Shown piece by piece: positions 13,476 to 29,071 of a stretch of DNA of 64,000 nucleotides. Each line of letters starts with the position of its first letter. Within the stretch, counting starts at the first letter, position 1. The notes under the pieces are model-generated. The model was not told the origin of the DNA and did no database searches. It saw nothing but the letters and a program-made list of their open reading frames with translations. The position numbers and the translations under genes were made by a program. The stretch is taken from the NCBI RefSeq assembly GCF_044704955.1, contig NC_091985.1, positions 208,568,001-208,632,000 of the forward strand. The letters run 5' to 3'. This DNA is from Pristiophorus japonicus. Lineage: Eukaryota.

Positions 13476-16400
13476 CATAGAAACATAGAAACATAGAAAA
13501 TAGGTGCAGGAGTAGGCCATTCGGCCCTTCTAGCCTGCACCGCCATTCAATGAGTTCATGGCTGAACATTCAACTTCAGTACCCCATTCCTGCTTTCTCG
13601 CCATACCCCTTGATTCCCCCTAATAGTAAGGACCTCATCTAACTCCTTTTTGAATATATTTAGTGAATTGGCCTCAACAACTTTCTGTGGTAGAGAATTC
13701 CACAGGTTCACCACTCTCTGGGTGAAGAAGTTCTTCCGCATCTCGGTCCTAAATGGCTTACCCCTTATCCTTAGACTGTGACCTCTGGTTCTGGACTTCC
13801 CCAACATTGGGAACATTCTTCCTGCATCTAACCTGTCTAACCCCGTCAGAATTTTAAATGTTTCTGAGGTCCCCTCTCATTCTTCTGAACTCCAGTGAAT
13901 ACAAGCCCAGTTGATCCAGTCTTTCTTGATAGGTCAGTCCCGCCATCCCGGGAATCAGTCTGGTGAACCTTCGCTGCACTCCCTCAATAGCAAGAATGTC
14001 CTTCCTCAGGTTAGGAGACCAAAACTGTACACAATACTCCAGGTGTGGCCTCACCAAGGCCCTGTCCAACTGTAGCAACACCTCCCTGCCCCTGTACTCA
14101 AATTCCCTTGCTATGAAGGCCAACATGCCATTTGCTTTCTTAACCGCCTGCTGCACCCGCATGCCAACCTTCAATGACTGATGTACCATGACACCCAGGT
14201 CTCTTTGCACCTCCCCTTTTCCTAATCTGTCACCATTCACATAATAGTCTGTCTCTGTTTTTACCACCAAAGTGGATAACCTCACATTTATCCACATTAT
14301 ACTTAATCTGCCATGCATTTGCCCACTCACCTAACCTATCCAAGTCGCTCTGCAGCCTCACAGCATCCTCCTCGCAGCTCACACTGCCACCCAACTTAGT
14401 GTCATCCGCAAATTTGGAGATACTACATTTAATCCCCTCATCTAAATCATTAATGTACAGTGTAAACAGCTGGGGCCCCAGCACAGAACCTTGCGGTACC
14501 CCACTAGTCACTGCCTGCCATTCTGAAAAGTACCCATTTACTCCTACTCTTTGCTTCCTGTCTGACAACCAGTTCTCAATCCATGTCAGCACACTACCCC
14601 CAATCCCATGTGCTTTAACTTTGCACATCAATCTCTTGTGTGGGACCTTGACGAAAGCCTTCTGAAAGTCCAAATATACCATATCAACTGGTTCTCCTTT
14701 GTCCACTCTACTGGAAACATCCTCAAAAAATTCCAGAAGATTTGTCAAGCATGATTTCCCTTTCATAAATCCATGCTGATCTGGACCTATCATGTCACCT
14801 CTTTCCAAATGAACTGCTATGACATCCTTAATAATTGATTCCATCATTTTACCCACTACCGATGTCAGGCTGACCGGTCTATAATTCCCTGTTTTCTCTC
14901 TCCCTCCTTTTTTAAAAAGTGGGGTTACATTGGCTACCCTCCACTCTATAGGAACTGATCCAGAGTCAATGGAATGTTGGAAAATGACTGTCAATGCATC
15001 CACTATTTCCAAGGCCACCTCCTTAAGTACTCTGGGATGCAGTCCATCAGGCCCTGGGGATTTATCGGCCTTCAATCCCATCAATTTCCCCAACACAATT
15101 TCCCGGCTAATAAGGATTTCCCTCAGTTCCTCCTCCTTACTCGACCCCCCGACCCCTTTTATAACCGGAAGGTTGTTTGTGTCCTCCTTCGTGAATACCG
15201 AACCAAAGTACTTGTTCAATTGGTCTGCCATTTCTTTGTTCCCCGTTATGACTTCCCCTGATTCTGACTGCAGCGGACCTACGTTTGTCTTTACTAACCT
15301 TTTTCTCTTTACATATCTATAGAAGCTTTTGCAGTCTGTTTCAATGTTCCCTGCAAGCTTCCTCTCGTACTCTATTTTCCCTGCCCTCATCAAACCCTTT
15401 GTCCTCCTCTGCTGAGTTCTAAATTTCTCCCAGTCCCCAGGTTCGCTGCTATTTCTGGCCAATTTGTATGCCACTTCCTTGGCTTTAATACTATCTCTGA
15501 TTTCCCTTGATAGCCACGGTTGAGCCACCTTCCCTTTTTTATTTTTATGCCAGACAGGAATGTACAATTGTTGTAGTTCATCCATGCGGTCTCTAAATGT
15601 CTGCCATTGCCCATCCACAGTCAACCCCTTAAGTATCATTCGCCAATCCATCCCAGCCAATTCACGCCTCATACCTTCAAAGTTAGCCTTCTTTAAGTTC
15701 TGGACCATGGTCTCTGAATTAACTGTTTCATTCTCCATCCTAATGCAGAATTCCACCATATTATGGTCACTCTTCCCCAAGGGGCCTCGCACAACGAGAT
15801 TGCTAATTAATCCTCTCTCATTACATAACACCCAGTCTAAGATGGCCTCCCCCCTAGTTGGTTCCTCGACATATTGGTCTAAAAAACCATCCCTTATGCA
15901 CTCCAGGAAATCCTCCTCCACCGTATTGCTTCCAGTTTGGTTAGCCCAATCTATGTGCATATTAAAGTCACCCATTATAACTGCTGCACCTTTATTGCAT
16001 GCACCCCTAATTTCCTGTTTGATGCCCTCCCGAACATCACTACTACTGTTTGGAGGTCTGTACACAACTCCCACTAACGTTTTTTGCCCTTTGGTGTTCT
16101 GCAGCTCTACCCATATAGATTCCATATCATCCAAGCTAATGTCCTTCCTAACTACTGCCTTAATCTCCTCCTTAACCAGCAATGCTACCCCACCTCCTTT
16201 TCCTTTTATTCTATCCTTCCTGAATGTTGAATACCCCTGAATGTTGAATACCCCTGGATGTTGAGTTCCCAGCCCTGATCATCCTGGAGCCACGTCTCTG
16301 TAATCCCAATCACATCATATTTGTTAACATCTATTTGCACAGTTAATTCATCCACCTTATTGCGGATACTCCTTGCATTAAGACACAAAGCCTTTAGGCT

Positions 16401-16961
16401 TGTTTTTTTAACACCCTCTGTCCTTTTAGAATTTTGCTGTACAATGGTCCTTTTTGTTCTTTGCCTTGGGTTTCTCTGCCCTCCACTTTTCCTCATCTCC
16501 TTTCTGTCTTTTGCTTTTGCCTCCTTTATGTTTCCCTATATCTCCCTGCATTGGTTCCCATCCCCCTGCCATATTAGTTTAACTCCTCCCCAACAGCACG
16601 AGCAAACACTCCCCCGAGGACATTGGTTCCGATTCTGCCCAGGTGCAAACCGTCCGGATTGTACTGGTCCCACCTCCCCCAGAACCGGTTCCAATGACCC
16701 AGGAATTTGAATCCCTCCCTGCTGCACCATTGCTCAAGCCACGTATTCATCTGAGCTATCCTGCGATTCCTACTCTGACTAGCACGTGGCACTGGTAGCA
16801 ATCCCGAGATTACTACTTTTGAGGTCCTACTTTTTAATTTAGCTCCTAGCTCCTTAAATTCATTTCGTAGGACCTCATCCCTTTTTTTTACCTATGTCAT
16901 TGGTACCAACGTGCACCACGACAACTGGCTGTTCTCCCTCCCTTTTTAGAATGTCCTGCAC
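13476..16961 (-). mobile_element. Young CR1 LINE copy 2, 5'-truncated in ORF1, inverted relative to copy 1
   Basis: Near-identical to copy 1. ORF2 is broken by a 17-bp tandem duplication (about 16221-16254) and small deletions near 14250 and 13866. It interrupts the H2B-H2A spacer seen intact near 25160. Confidence 0.97.
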
Positions 16962-17558
16962 CTCATTCTCTCGCAAGCCCTTTATAAGTTTATTTTTCAA
17001 TTCCTGTTACGGTCAATCTGTTTATTAACCCGGGACTCCCTGCAGTGTAAAAACCCAGAATGGGAGTTTGTACAGAGACCAGAATGGGAGCAGTGTGAAC
17101 ACTCTATCCCTCTTCCCTTTTCACAGAAGGGCTCCCAGTTCTGGTCTCACTCCCGCCTGTGCGGAAGATCAATCCATGATTTGTGATTCCCAACATTGAC
17201 ACAGTTTGAGCTGGAATGTGCCCTGTTACAGAATCAGTGGGGATTGATTGCCGTCCGTTACAGACAGATTGACAGTGAACGCAAATTTAATTTTGATTGT
17301 AACAGCCTGGAATTAGTAAGGGAAATATGGAATAAAATAAAAGGAAGTAAAACCTGTTTGTAAACCTTTGGCTAATGGTGCATTTATTAACATAATCCGC
17401 ACTTTAAAAAATTATTGGCGGTATTTTTGAAATTAAAAATCTTTCGAGGTGTGACTGTTGAGGACAGGAATTTCCACCCTCGTTTCATTGGTGATCTCAA
17501 CAGACAATGGGTAAGGCGAGAGATTAACATTCAGCGGCGATTTCAGTAAAGAATCATC

Positions 17559-17870
17559 ATGACTGGAGGAGGTAAAGGAGGCAAAGGACTGGGTAAAGGC
17601 AGAGCCAAACGGCACCATAAAGTGCTCCGTAATAACATCCAGGGCATCACCAAACCAGCCATCTGCCACCTGGCTCGCCGTGGCCGTGTCAAGCGGATCT
17701 CGGGCCTGATCTACGAGGAGACCCGCGGGGTGCTGAAGGTTTTCCTGGAGAATGTGATCAGGGATGCGGTCATCTACACTGAACACGCCAATCGCAAGAC
17801 GGTCACTGCCATGGATGTGGTGTACGCTCTGAAACAGCAGAGCCGCACTCTCTATGGATTCGGCGGCTGA
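17559..17870 (+). pseudogene. H4: Histone H4, full-length ORF but diverged; probable pseudogene
   Basis: 12 substitutions relative to the canonical H4 at 28748-29059. Stem-loop is damaged (ggctcttctcagaccc) and there is no H4 promoter upstream. Confidence 0.85.
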
Positions 17871-18144
17871 ATAACATGACCCTTTTCCCCCAAACACAAC
17901 ACAAAGGCTCTTCTCAGACCCATCCACCTCCTCACAGAGAGAGCAGTGACCTGGGGAACGGGGGCGAGATAGTTGCTTTACACTTTGTTCTGTATAGATA
18001 TGTTTTTTGCCAAGATCTATATTGTGGTGTCAGGTGTTTTAAATCAGCATATACACGGTGGACAGAATGTCCTTTTAGTTTTCAAATCATAGACATTTAC
18101 GGGGCATTCCAGCTGAAGGTAATACTGAAAAAACGAATGTAGTT

Positions 18145-19415
18145 AGAACATAAAAACATAAGAAATAGGAGCAAATGTAGGCCATACGGCCCCTCGAGCC
18201 TGCTCCGCCATTTAATACGATCATGGACTCTGGTCTACTTCCCTGCCCCATATTCCCTTATTCCCTTATCATGAAGAAACTGTCTGTTTCTGTCTTAAAT
18301 TTATTCAATGTCCCAGCTCTCTGAGGCAGCGAATTCCACAGATTCACAATCCTCAGAGAAGAAATTTCTCCTCATCTCAGTTTTAAATGGGCGGCCTCTT
18401 ATTCTAAGATTAAGCCCTCTAGTTCTAGTTTCCCCTAGCAGTGGAAACATCCTCTCTGCATCCACCTTGTTAAGCCCCCTCATAATCTTAGTTTCGATAA
18501 GATCACCTCTCATTCTTCTGAATTCCAATGAGTAAAGGCCCAACCTACTCAACCTTTCCTCAAGTCAACCCCCTCATTCCGGAATCAACCTTGTGAAACT
18601 TCTCTGAACTGCCTCCAAAGCAAGTATATCCTTTTGTAAATATGGAAACCAAAACTGCATGCAGTATTCCAGGTGTGGCCTCACCAATACCCTGTACAAC
18701 TGTAGCAAGACTTCCCTGCTTTTATACTCCATCCCCTTTGCAATAAAGGCCAGATTCCATTGGCCTTCCTGATCACTTGCTGTACCTGCATACTAACCTT
18801 TTGTGTTTCATGCACAAGTACCCCCAGGTCCCGCTGCATTGCAGCACTTTGCAATCTTTCACCATTGAAATAATAACTTGCTCTTTGATTTTTTTCTGCC
18901 AAAGTGCATGACCTCACACTTTCCAATATTATACTCCATCTGCCAAATCCTTGCTCACTCACTTAGCCTGTCTATGTCCTTTTGCAGAATTTTAGTGTCC
19001 TCCTCACCCATTGCTTTTCCTCCCATCTTTGTATCGTCAGCAAACTTGGCTGCATTACACTCGGTCCCTTCTTCCAAGTCGTTAATATAGATCATAAATA
19101 GTTGGGGTCCTAGCACTGATCCCTGTGGCATCCCATTGGTTACTGATTGCCAACCCGGGAATGAACCATTTATCCCCACTCTCTGGTTTCTGTTTGTTAG
19201 CCAATCTGCTATCCATGCTACTATATTACCCCCAACCCCGTGAACTTTTATCTTGTGCAGTCAGTAACCTTTTATGTGGCACTTTGTCAAATGCGTTCTG
19301 GAAGTCCAAATATACCACATCCACGGCTTCCCCATTATCCACCCTGTTCATGACATCCTCAAAGAATTCCAGCAAATTTGTCAAACATGACTCCCCTTCA
19401 TAAATCCATGCTGTT
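18145..19415 (-). mobile_element. CR1 3' fragment with RT (different subfamily)
   Basis: SCLTNLLEFFED, QGSVLGPQLF, FADDTK, frameshifted. Tail (cataagaa)n. Confidence 0.92.
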
Positions 19416-19739
19416 ACATCCATGTTACAGCAGTGACAGATAAGAAAGGTGTTGAATTAAACGATGGGATGAAGGCAGCATCAGGGCGGAAGGACAGTGA
19501 GGGTCCCTTGCCCTCATAGAAGGACTCCCAAGTCCTGATCAGAAGTGACCCTCAGGCAATCTCAGTTATAAACCGGTCAATGTCTCGAACATGTAGAAAT
19601 CTAGATCGACATACACAGCAGCGAGTTTGCTGTTCAGATTATTGAATGTATATATAGGAAAAAACGTGAATTAACTTTCCTTATAAGTTTGGCCGTCATT
19701 AACCATTTTTGCCTGAGAGCAGAACAGAAACATAAAGAA

Positions 19740-20870
19740 ATTCTTTTAGAGTCTACCTGCAAAACATAAACATTAAACTGTGCCACCCGACCTGGGTGAC
19801 ACACCAGACATTTACAAGGCCCTTTTTTCCTTTTTTTGGTTTTTTTTTTGTGTTTTTTTTTTGTTTTTTTTTTTGGGCACTAAAATCACAATTTTTCCCC
19901 AGTGCCCCCTATAAAAGGGAAGGGGACACTAAAAGCACCGGCAATTAAAACAAATTAACTTTAAAACGTAAAATCAAATTAAAATTTGGTTGCCGGGCGT
20001 GATGATGCACTCCAGTCCCTCCGGTGCCCACCTCTCGCGGAAGGCCGCGAGCGTACCGGTGGACACCGCGTGCTCCATCTCCAAGGACACCCTGGACCGG
20101 ATGTAAGAGCGGAAGAGAGGCAGGCAGTCAGGTTGAACGACCCCCTCGACCGCCCGCTGCCTGGACCGGCTGATGGCACCCTTGGCCGTGCCCAGGAGCA
20201 GTCCTACGAGGAGGCCTTCGGACCTACCCGCTCCCCTCCGCACAGGGTGCCCAAAGATCAGGAGAGTGGGACTGAAGTGCAGCCAGAATTTCAGGAGCAG
20301 CCCCTTCAAATAGTGGAACAGGGGCTGCAACCTTGTGCACTCCATAAAAACATGGAACACGGACTCCTCCAGACCGCAGAAATTGCAGGCGGCCTGGGAG
20401 TCCGTGAACCGGCTTAAAAATTTGTTGCACGGCACTGCTCCGTGCACCACCCTCCAGGCCAAGTCCCCGATGAATAGTGGGAGGACCCCTGCGTAGAGTG
20501 CCCTCCATCGGGGACCCCCGCCTCCTCCGGACGGCAAGATGGTACGCCATGGCGTGTCCGGACGGCCGGCGAGGATGGCAAAGTTGAGGGTGTGCAGGAG
20601 CAGCCCGTACAGGAAACCCCTCCGCGCGGAACTGAAAGGCACGGAGGGGATTTCCCTGAGGCGGCTCAAGTTGTGAGGCGCCGGCCCCCGAGGGAGGTTC
20701 CGGGGTTTGGCACCGATGAGGAATTCCGTCCGGACGGGGGTCAGTTCGGACGGGATCTCCCCAAGTGCCTGAGCCTCCTCGATGCACCTAACGGAGTCAG
20801 GGCCCAGAGCTGTTTTTAGCGACTCGATGGCATCGGCCGCGTGGCGGACGTTGGCAGAATTTAGGCGCCG
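19740..20870 (-). mobile_element. 5'-truncated Tx1/L1-like non-LTR retrotransposon
   Basis: ORF2 C-terminus with CCHC zinc-binding region (CNFC..ESVFHVFMEC, WRVVHGAV). Perfect 15-bp TSD cagaaacataaagaa at 19725-19739 and 20871-20885. Confidence 0.88.
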
Positions 20871-21154
20871 CAGAAACATAAAGAACGGAGTATAAATCGG
20901 GAGGGGATGTCATTGATGACCGAATTCAAGAATTTGAGATTGTGGCGAGCAATAAATCTGATTGGTCCCTTTAAACATCCAATCAGAGAGATACAGAACA
21001 ATGGAAATTGACAACGGAGCTAATGAACCAATCACAATCGTTACCTTTACCCATCCCTTATTAGCATAGGGATGTGGGCGGAGTGTGGGGCTGCCTATAT
21101 AATACGAGCCCGGAGCAGACTTTCCTTCATATCTATAACTGACTGAACAAGACG

Positions 21155-21529
<375 letters not shown>

Positions 21530-22313
21530 AACTACACGCTGTCCTGACAACAAACCCCAAACACAACGGCTCTTTTAAGAGCCACCCACAACATCATTGA
21601 AAGAGCTGCACAAACGCATCACCCTTTAGACTGAATTTACTGTAATTATTTCCCGAACAAATGTGTGTGAGAACCTTTGTAGTTCCAGCTGTAGATTTAG
21701 TTTTGAATTCTCATAAAAAGCTTCACTGACCGGCTTGACCTTGGCGTCTCTGGAATTTGCTGCAGTGAGTAAACTACAAACACGGGCCCTGGTCGCTTTC
21801 CCTTTGTTCTCAGACTCGTTCATTCACAGCGCCTACCGACGAATTTATTTTGGGGGGCGGGGAAACTCCGATTTCAGTCGCATTCTCACTCAAGCCCTTT
21901 TCACATGTTTTTTTTATTCCGTTGCGCTCAGTCCGTTTATTAACCCGAGACTCCCCGCAGTGTAACAACCCAGAATGGGAGTTCTTAGAGACTAGAACAG
22001 GGGCAGTTTGAACACCCTGTCCCTCTTCTCTTTTTACAAAAGGACTCTCGGTTCTGGTCTCACTCCCACAGCAGCTCCTGTGAAAAGAAGTTCACTTTTA
22101 CAAAGATGGAGCTGGAATGTGTCCCGTTACACAATCAGTGGGGACTGAGTCCCGCCCGTTACAGACAGTTTGAAACTGAAGCCGAATTTAATCCTGATTG
22201 TAACAGGCTGGAATTTGCAAGGGGAACATGGAATAAGACAAAAGGAAACAAAGTGTTTTAAAGTATTTGGCTAATGGTGAAGTTGCTAACATAATCCGCA
22301 ATTTTAACAATTA

Positions 22314-22937
<624 letters not shown>

Positions 22938-23380
22938 AGCGGACAAGATTTAAACTTATAACCCAAAGGCTCTTTTCAGAGCCACTCACAATATATGTGA
23001 AAGGGCTGCTTACTGTATTAATGGAGACCTTGTTTTCAGGTACCAATAAATTGGTCTATTTCAGACCTGTATGCGGGAGTTTTCAGTTCCTGGTATCTGC
23101 ATTATGGTTTTCTGCTCACACAAACTGTTCTAGTTAGCAACTAATAATTAATCTACAGTTGTCAGAGACTCAAATTGTATAAATACCGCAAACGGTTCCC
23201 TAAATATTATTTAATCTATCAATGAAAGCTGTATGAAGAAAGTCGGCGGTTATTAAAAGGGCCTAGTTTAATTCTGGTCTGGTTTGAGAGTTTGAATGCT
23301 GGTTCTGTTTCCGGGATCTCCGGTCGTTCCGGGTTGTGTATTTCTCTCCTAAGCCGGTCAGTTTAGGCCGACACTAAGCA

Positions 23381-23520
23381 GCCAAGCACAAGACAGTCAC
23401 TGTCATGGATGTGCTGTATACTCTGAAACGGCAGGGCCGCACTTTCTATGGATTCAACGCGACCCTCTCCCCCAAGCAGAAAGCAAAGGCTCGTCTAAGT
23501 GCCACCCACCGCCTCACGGG
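23381..23520 (+). pseudogene. H4: Histone H4 3' fragment
   Basis: [25 protein letters not shown], followed by a degenerate stem-loop ggctcgtctaagtgcc. Confidence 0.85.
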
Positions 23521-23665
23521 GGGAGAGGAGGGGAGGGAGGGAGATACAGTTCATTTACATTTTGTTCGGTATAGATATATATTTTTCGCCAAGGTCTATA
23601 TGTTTTAAATCAGCATATGCACGATGGACGGAATATCCTTTTAGTTTCAGAATTATAGACATTTA

Positions 23666-23960
23666 TCATAGAAGCTTACAACACGGAATGAGGCCACTTC
23701 GGCCCATCGTGTCCGTGCCGGCCAACAAAAGGCTATCCAGCCGAATCCCACTTTCCAGCTCTCGGTCCGTAACCCTGCAGGTTACGGCACTTCAAGTGCA
23801 CGTCCAAGTAGTTTTAAATGTGGTGAGGGTTTCTGCCTCTACCACCCTTTCAGGCAGTGAGTTTCAGACCGCAGCCTGCGTGAAGATATTTCCCCTCTAA
23901 ATCCTCTACCAATTACTTTACATTTATGCCTCCTGTGCTAAGGGAAATAGGCCCTTTACG
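23666..23960 (-). mobile_element. Short CR1-related 3' fragment
   Basis: Matches the 3' end of the CR1 at 50640-51815 (ggcccatcgtgtccgtgccggcc, tctaccaccctttcaggcagtgag). Confidence 0.8.
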
Positions 23961-24269
23961 GCACAGAAGGTACGGCATATTCCAGGTGAAGGTAACACTG
24001 AAACAACTAATGTAGTTACAGCAGTGACAGATCAGAAAGGTGTTGAATTAAACGGTGGGAGGAGAGCGGAAGGACAGTGAGGGCCTTTTGCCTCATAGAA
24101 GGACTCCCAAATCCTAACCAGAAGTGACCCTCAGACAATCTCGGTTACAAACCGGTCAATGTCTGTCGAACATGTAGACATCTCGATCGATAAAGAACAG
24201 AATATGGCTCGGGAGGGGATGTAACTGATGACCTAATTCAAGAATTTGAGATTGTGGCGAGCAGTAAAT

Positions 24270-24414
24270 CTGATTGGATGTTTAAAGAGACCAATCAGAG
24301 AATTACAGAACAATAGAAATTGACAACGCAGCGAGTGAACCAATCACAATCGTTGCCTTCACCCATCCCTCATTAGCATAGGGCTGTGGGCGGAGTGTGG
24401 GGCTGCCTATATAA
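24270..24414 (+). promoter_or_regulatory. H2B promoter: CCAAT boxes, octamer variant, GC box, TATA
   Basis: ctcATTAGCATag at 24372-24379 (also 21060-21067), gggcgg, tatataa. Confidence 0.75.
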
Positions 24415-24466
24415 TGCGAGCTCCGAGCTAAGTTTAGGTCATGTCTGCGTCGGATTGAACAAAACG

Positions 24467-24844
24467 ATGCCTGAAGAGAAGAAATCAGTTACTGCCAAGA
24501 AAGGCGCCAAGAAAGTGATCAAGAAAACACCACCGAAGGGCGGTAAGAAGCGCAGGAAGTCGAGGAAGGAGAGTTACTCCATCTACATCTACAAAGTGAT
24601 GAAGCAGGTTCACCCCGACACCGGCATCTCCTCCAAGGCCATGGGCATCATGAACTCTTTTGTGAACGATATTTTTGAGCGCATCGCGGGTGAGGCTTCC
24701 CGCCTGGCCCATTACAACAAGCGATCCACCATCAGCTCCCGGGAGATCCAGACCGCCGTGCGCCTGCTGCTGCCCGGGGAGCTGGCCAAGCACGCCGTGT
24801 CGGAAGGGACAAAGGCGGTAACCAAGTACACCAGCTCCAAGTAA
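24467..24844 (+). CDS. H2B: Histone H2B (125 aa)
   Basis: MPEEKKS...[26 protein letters not shown]...YTSSK. Confidence 0.97.
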   Translation: MPEEKKSVTAKKGAKKVIKKTPPKGGKKRRKSRKESYSIYIYKVMKQVHPDTGISSKAMGIMNSFVNDIFERIAGEASRLAHYNKRSTISSREIQTAVRLLLPGELAKHAVSEGTKAVTKYTSSK

Positions 24845-24884
24845 AACTCCACTCTGTCCTGATACAACAAACCAGAAACACAAC

Positions 24885-24927
24885 GGCTCTTTTAAGAGCC
24901 ACCCACAACGTCTCTGAAAGAGCTGCA
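24885..24927 (+). terminator. Histone 3' stem-loop and HDE
   Basis: ggctcttttaagagcc-accca followed by aaagagctg. Confidence 0.93.
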
Positions 24928-25689
24928 CAAACACATTACCCTTTAAATTCAATTTGCTGTAGTTATTTCCTGAGCAAGTGTTTGACAACATTTAAAGTTC
25001 CAGCTGTAGATTTAGATTTGAATTCTCAGATAAGCAGTTTTACTGTCCGGTTCAACCTTAGCTTCTCTGATGAATTTCCCTCCCAGTAAAGTGCACACAC
25101 TGTCCCTGGCCGCCTGCCAATGAATTATGATCTTGTTTTAGGAGGTGAAATTCAGACTTTAGTCACCTCATTCTCTCTCAAGCCCTTTACAATACAAAAA
25201 AAATTCTAGTTCGGGTCAACCCGCTTATTAATCCGAGATTCCGAGTGCAACGGCCCAGACTGGGAGTTCTTACAGAGTCCAGAACAGGGAGTTTGAATCC
25301 TGTGTCCCTCTTCTCTTTTCACAGAAGAACTCCCAGTTCTGGTCTCAATCCCGCCTGTGCGGAGGATCGATCCATGATCTGTGATTCCCAAATTGTACAA
25401 AGATTGAGCTGGAATGTGTCCCGTTACAGAACGTATGAAACTGAACCCGAATTTAAACCTGATTGTAACATCCTGGAATTTTGAAGGTAATATGGAATAC
25501 GGCAAAAGGAAATAAAAAGTGTTTGGAAATCTTTGGCTAATGGTGAATTTATTAACATAATCCGCATTGTAAAAATTATTGGCGGGGTTTTTGAAATTGA
25601 AGATTCGTTGGAAGTCGAACAGTAATTTTCGCCCTCTTTTCATTGGCAGGCGAAGCAGACGGTGATTGGTCAGCGGAAAAGACCAATGA

Positions 25690-26193
<504 letters not shown>

Positions 26194-26333
26194 AGCGGAC
26201 AAGATTTAATCTAATAACCCAAAGGCTCTTTTCAGAGCCACCCACAGGATCTGTGAAAGGGCTGCTTACTGTCTTAATGGAGTCAGAGACCTTTAATTCA
26301 TGTACCGATAGATTGGCCTGTTTTAGACCTGTA

Positions 26334-26600
26334 AACATAGAAAATAGGTGCAGGAGGCGGCCATTCGGCCCTTCGAGCCTGCACCACCATTCAAGAAGAT
26401 CATGGCTGATTATTCCCTCAGTACCCCTTTTCTGCTTTCTTTCAATATCCCTTTAGCCATAAGGGCCACATCTAACTCCCTCTTGAATATATCTAACGAA
26501 CTGGCATCAACAACTCTCTGCGGTAGGGAATTCCACAGGTTAACAACTATGAGTGAATAAGTTTCTCCTCTCAGTCCTAAATGGCTTACCCCTTATCCGT
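26334..26600 (-). mobile_element. Short CR1 3' fragment
   Basis: aacatagaaaataggtgcagg tail. Absent from the paralogous H2A flank near 23070. Confidence 0.88.
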
Positions 26601-27295
26601 ATGCGGGAGTTTTCAGTTCACGGTCTCTGCAGTACGGTTCTCTGCTCACACATACACTCTTGCCGTTAACAGCGAATAATTGAACTACAGTTGTCACTCA
26701 ACAATTGTATAAATACCGCCACCGGTTCTTTAAATATTCTTTAATCTGTCTGAAAACGAGAGAGTCGGCGATGATGAATTAATGTAGTAATAAAAGGGCC
26801 TAGTTTAATTCTGGTCTGGTTTGAGATAGTTTGAATGCTGGTTTCGTTCTCGGGAGCTCCGGCCGTTCCCGGGCTCTTTATTTCTCTGCTAAGCCGGTCA
26901 GTTTAGACCGCACTGCACAACACATACAGGATCCGGGTCAATTGCAGTGCTTCCCAGATCTGCCTGCCCCCATTCTCCGGCAACACCGAATAGGGAAATC
27001 TGTGTTCTGCCCCGGGGAACTTGGGGTCAGAGCGACGCAAAGCCGATGTCAGTTTCCGAAAATATTAAAGGGCTCATCAGTTAATCGTCAATAACTCACA
27101 TGTGAACTGAGCTGGTATATGAACACACGAGCAGTAATCAGTCCCACACCCTCTGCCCGTCCCTACAATAGGTTAATGAACAACACGAAACTCTGGTTAC
27201 AGGAGATCGCAGCTCTTTCCTTTGCTGATTTGGTGGCTCTGAAAAGAGCCGTTGTTGCACTTGGTGCTGAAGCTTCGAGCCGAGGCAGGGGNNNN

Positions 27296-27832
<537 letters not shown>

Positions 27833-28334
27833 TCAAGTTTGAACCAAGCACCGAGAGTGAAAATGAAGGGTGGGGATTACTGGGCCCTGATTGGCTGAAC
27901 TGAAACTGACAGTTGGTCAATTTCAAAAAGCCCGCCAATTTCAGAATATCAACCAACAGAGATTAAATAAAATCTAATTTCCCGCCAGCAATTTAAGAAT
28001 CCCGCTCTTTATAACGGCGATTGTGCCCCATTATAAGTCACCAATCCCATTCTGTCACATTCCGGTTTGAATTCTGTTCCATTCCGTGATCCGTCTGTAC
28101 CGGGCGGGAATAAATCCCCGGTCACTGCTTCCTGTAAACATAAAGTCCCGCATCAATCCCGCCAGTGCCGTCCCATTTAACCGATTCTCACACAGAAACC
28201 GCACATGACAGGAATTATCTGTGAGGGGAGACTGTAATGTCTGGGACTGTGTATCCTGCCCAGTAATTGTGACTGTCAGCCGGAATTTTTGATCTCTCAT
28301 ATTTACAATAGTTGTAAAATATTTAATAATTCCC

Positions 28335-28612
28335 ATATTCCTACAGCGACTACACTCCAAAAGTACTTCATTGGTCTTGTTCATTGGATGTGTTCGGGAG
28401 GGAGTTGGATGTGGTCCTTGCGGCTGAGGGGGGGCGGGGGTCGGGGAGTGGAGGTGCTGGAGTGGGTGATCAGCTGTGATCTTGTTGAATGGCGGTGCAG
28501 GCTCGAAGGGCCGAATGGCCTATTCTACTCCTGCACATATTTTCTGTTTCTATGTCTTGAGACGTTCGGTGGTCGTGAAAGGCGCTATATAAATCCAAAC
28601 CTTTCTTTCCAT
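28335..28612 (+). mobile_element. SINE 3' remnant with L2-like tail, interrupted by a CR1-type tail
   Basis: gactacactccaaaagtacttcattgg..gtgaaaggcgctatataaat; internal ggctcgaagggccgaatggcc. Confidence 0.6.
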
Positions 28613-28747
28613 TAATTAAACAGCCGAAACCATTTCCCAACCCAACTGTCCGCGTTCCGATCCCCAGGTCGCTGCTCTCTCTGTGAACCGGTGGGTGGCT
28701 CTTAGAAGAGCCTTTGTGTTGTGATTGGGGGAAAAGGGTCGAGTTAT

Positions 28748-29071
<324 letters not shown>

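Noticed and set aside
15560-16240. Antisense ORFs over CR1 and histone genes (e.g. 2742-3443, 24485-24991, 29805-30515)
   Set aside because: Shadow ORFs of real coding strands; they recur only because the copies are near-identical.
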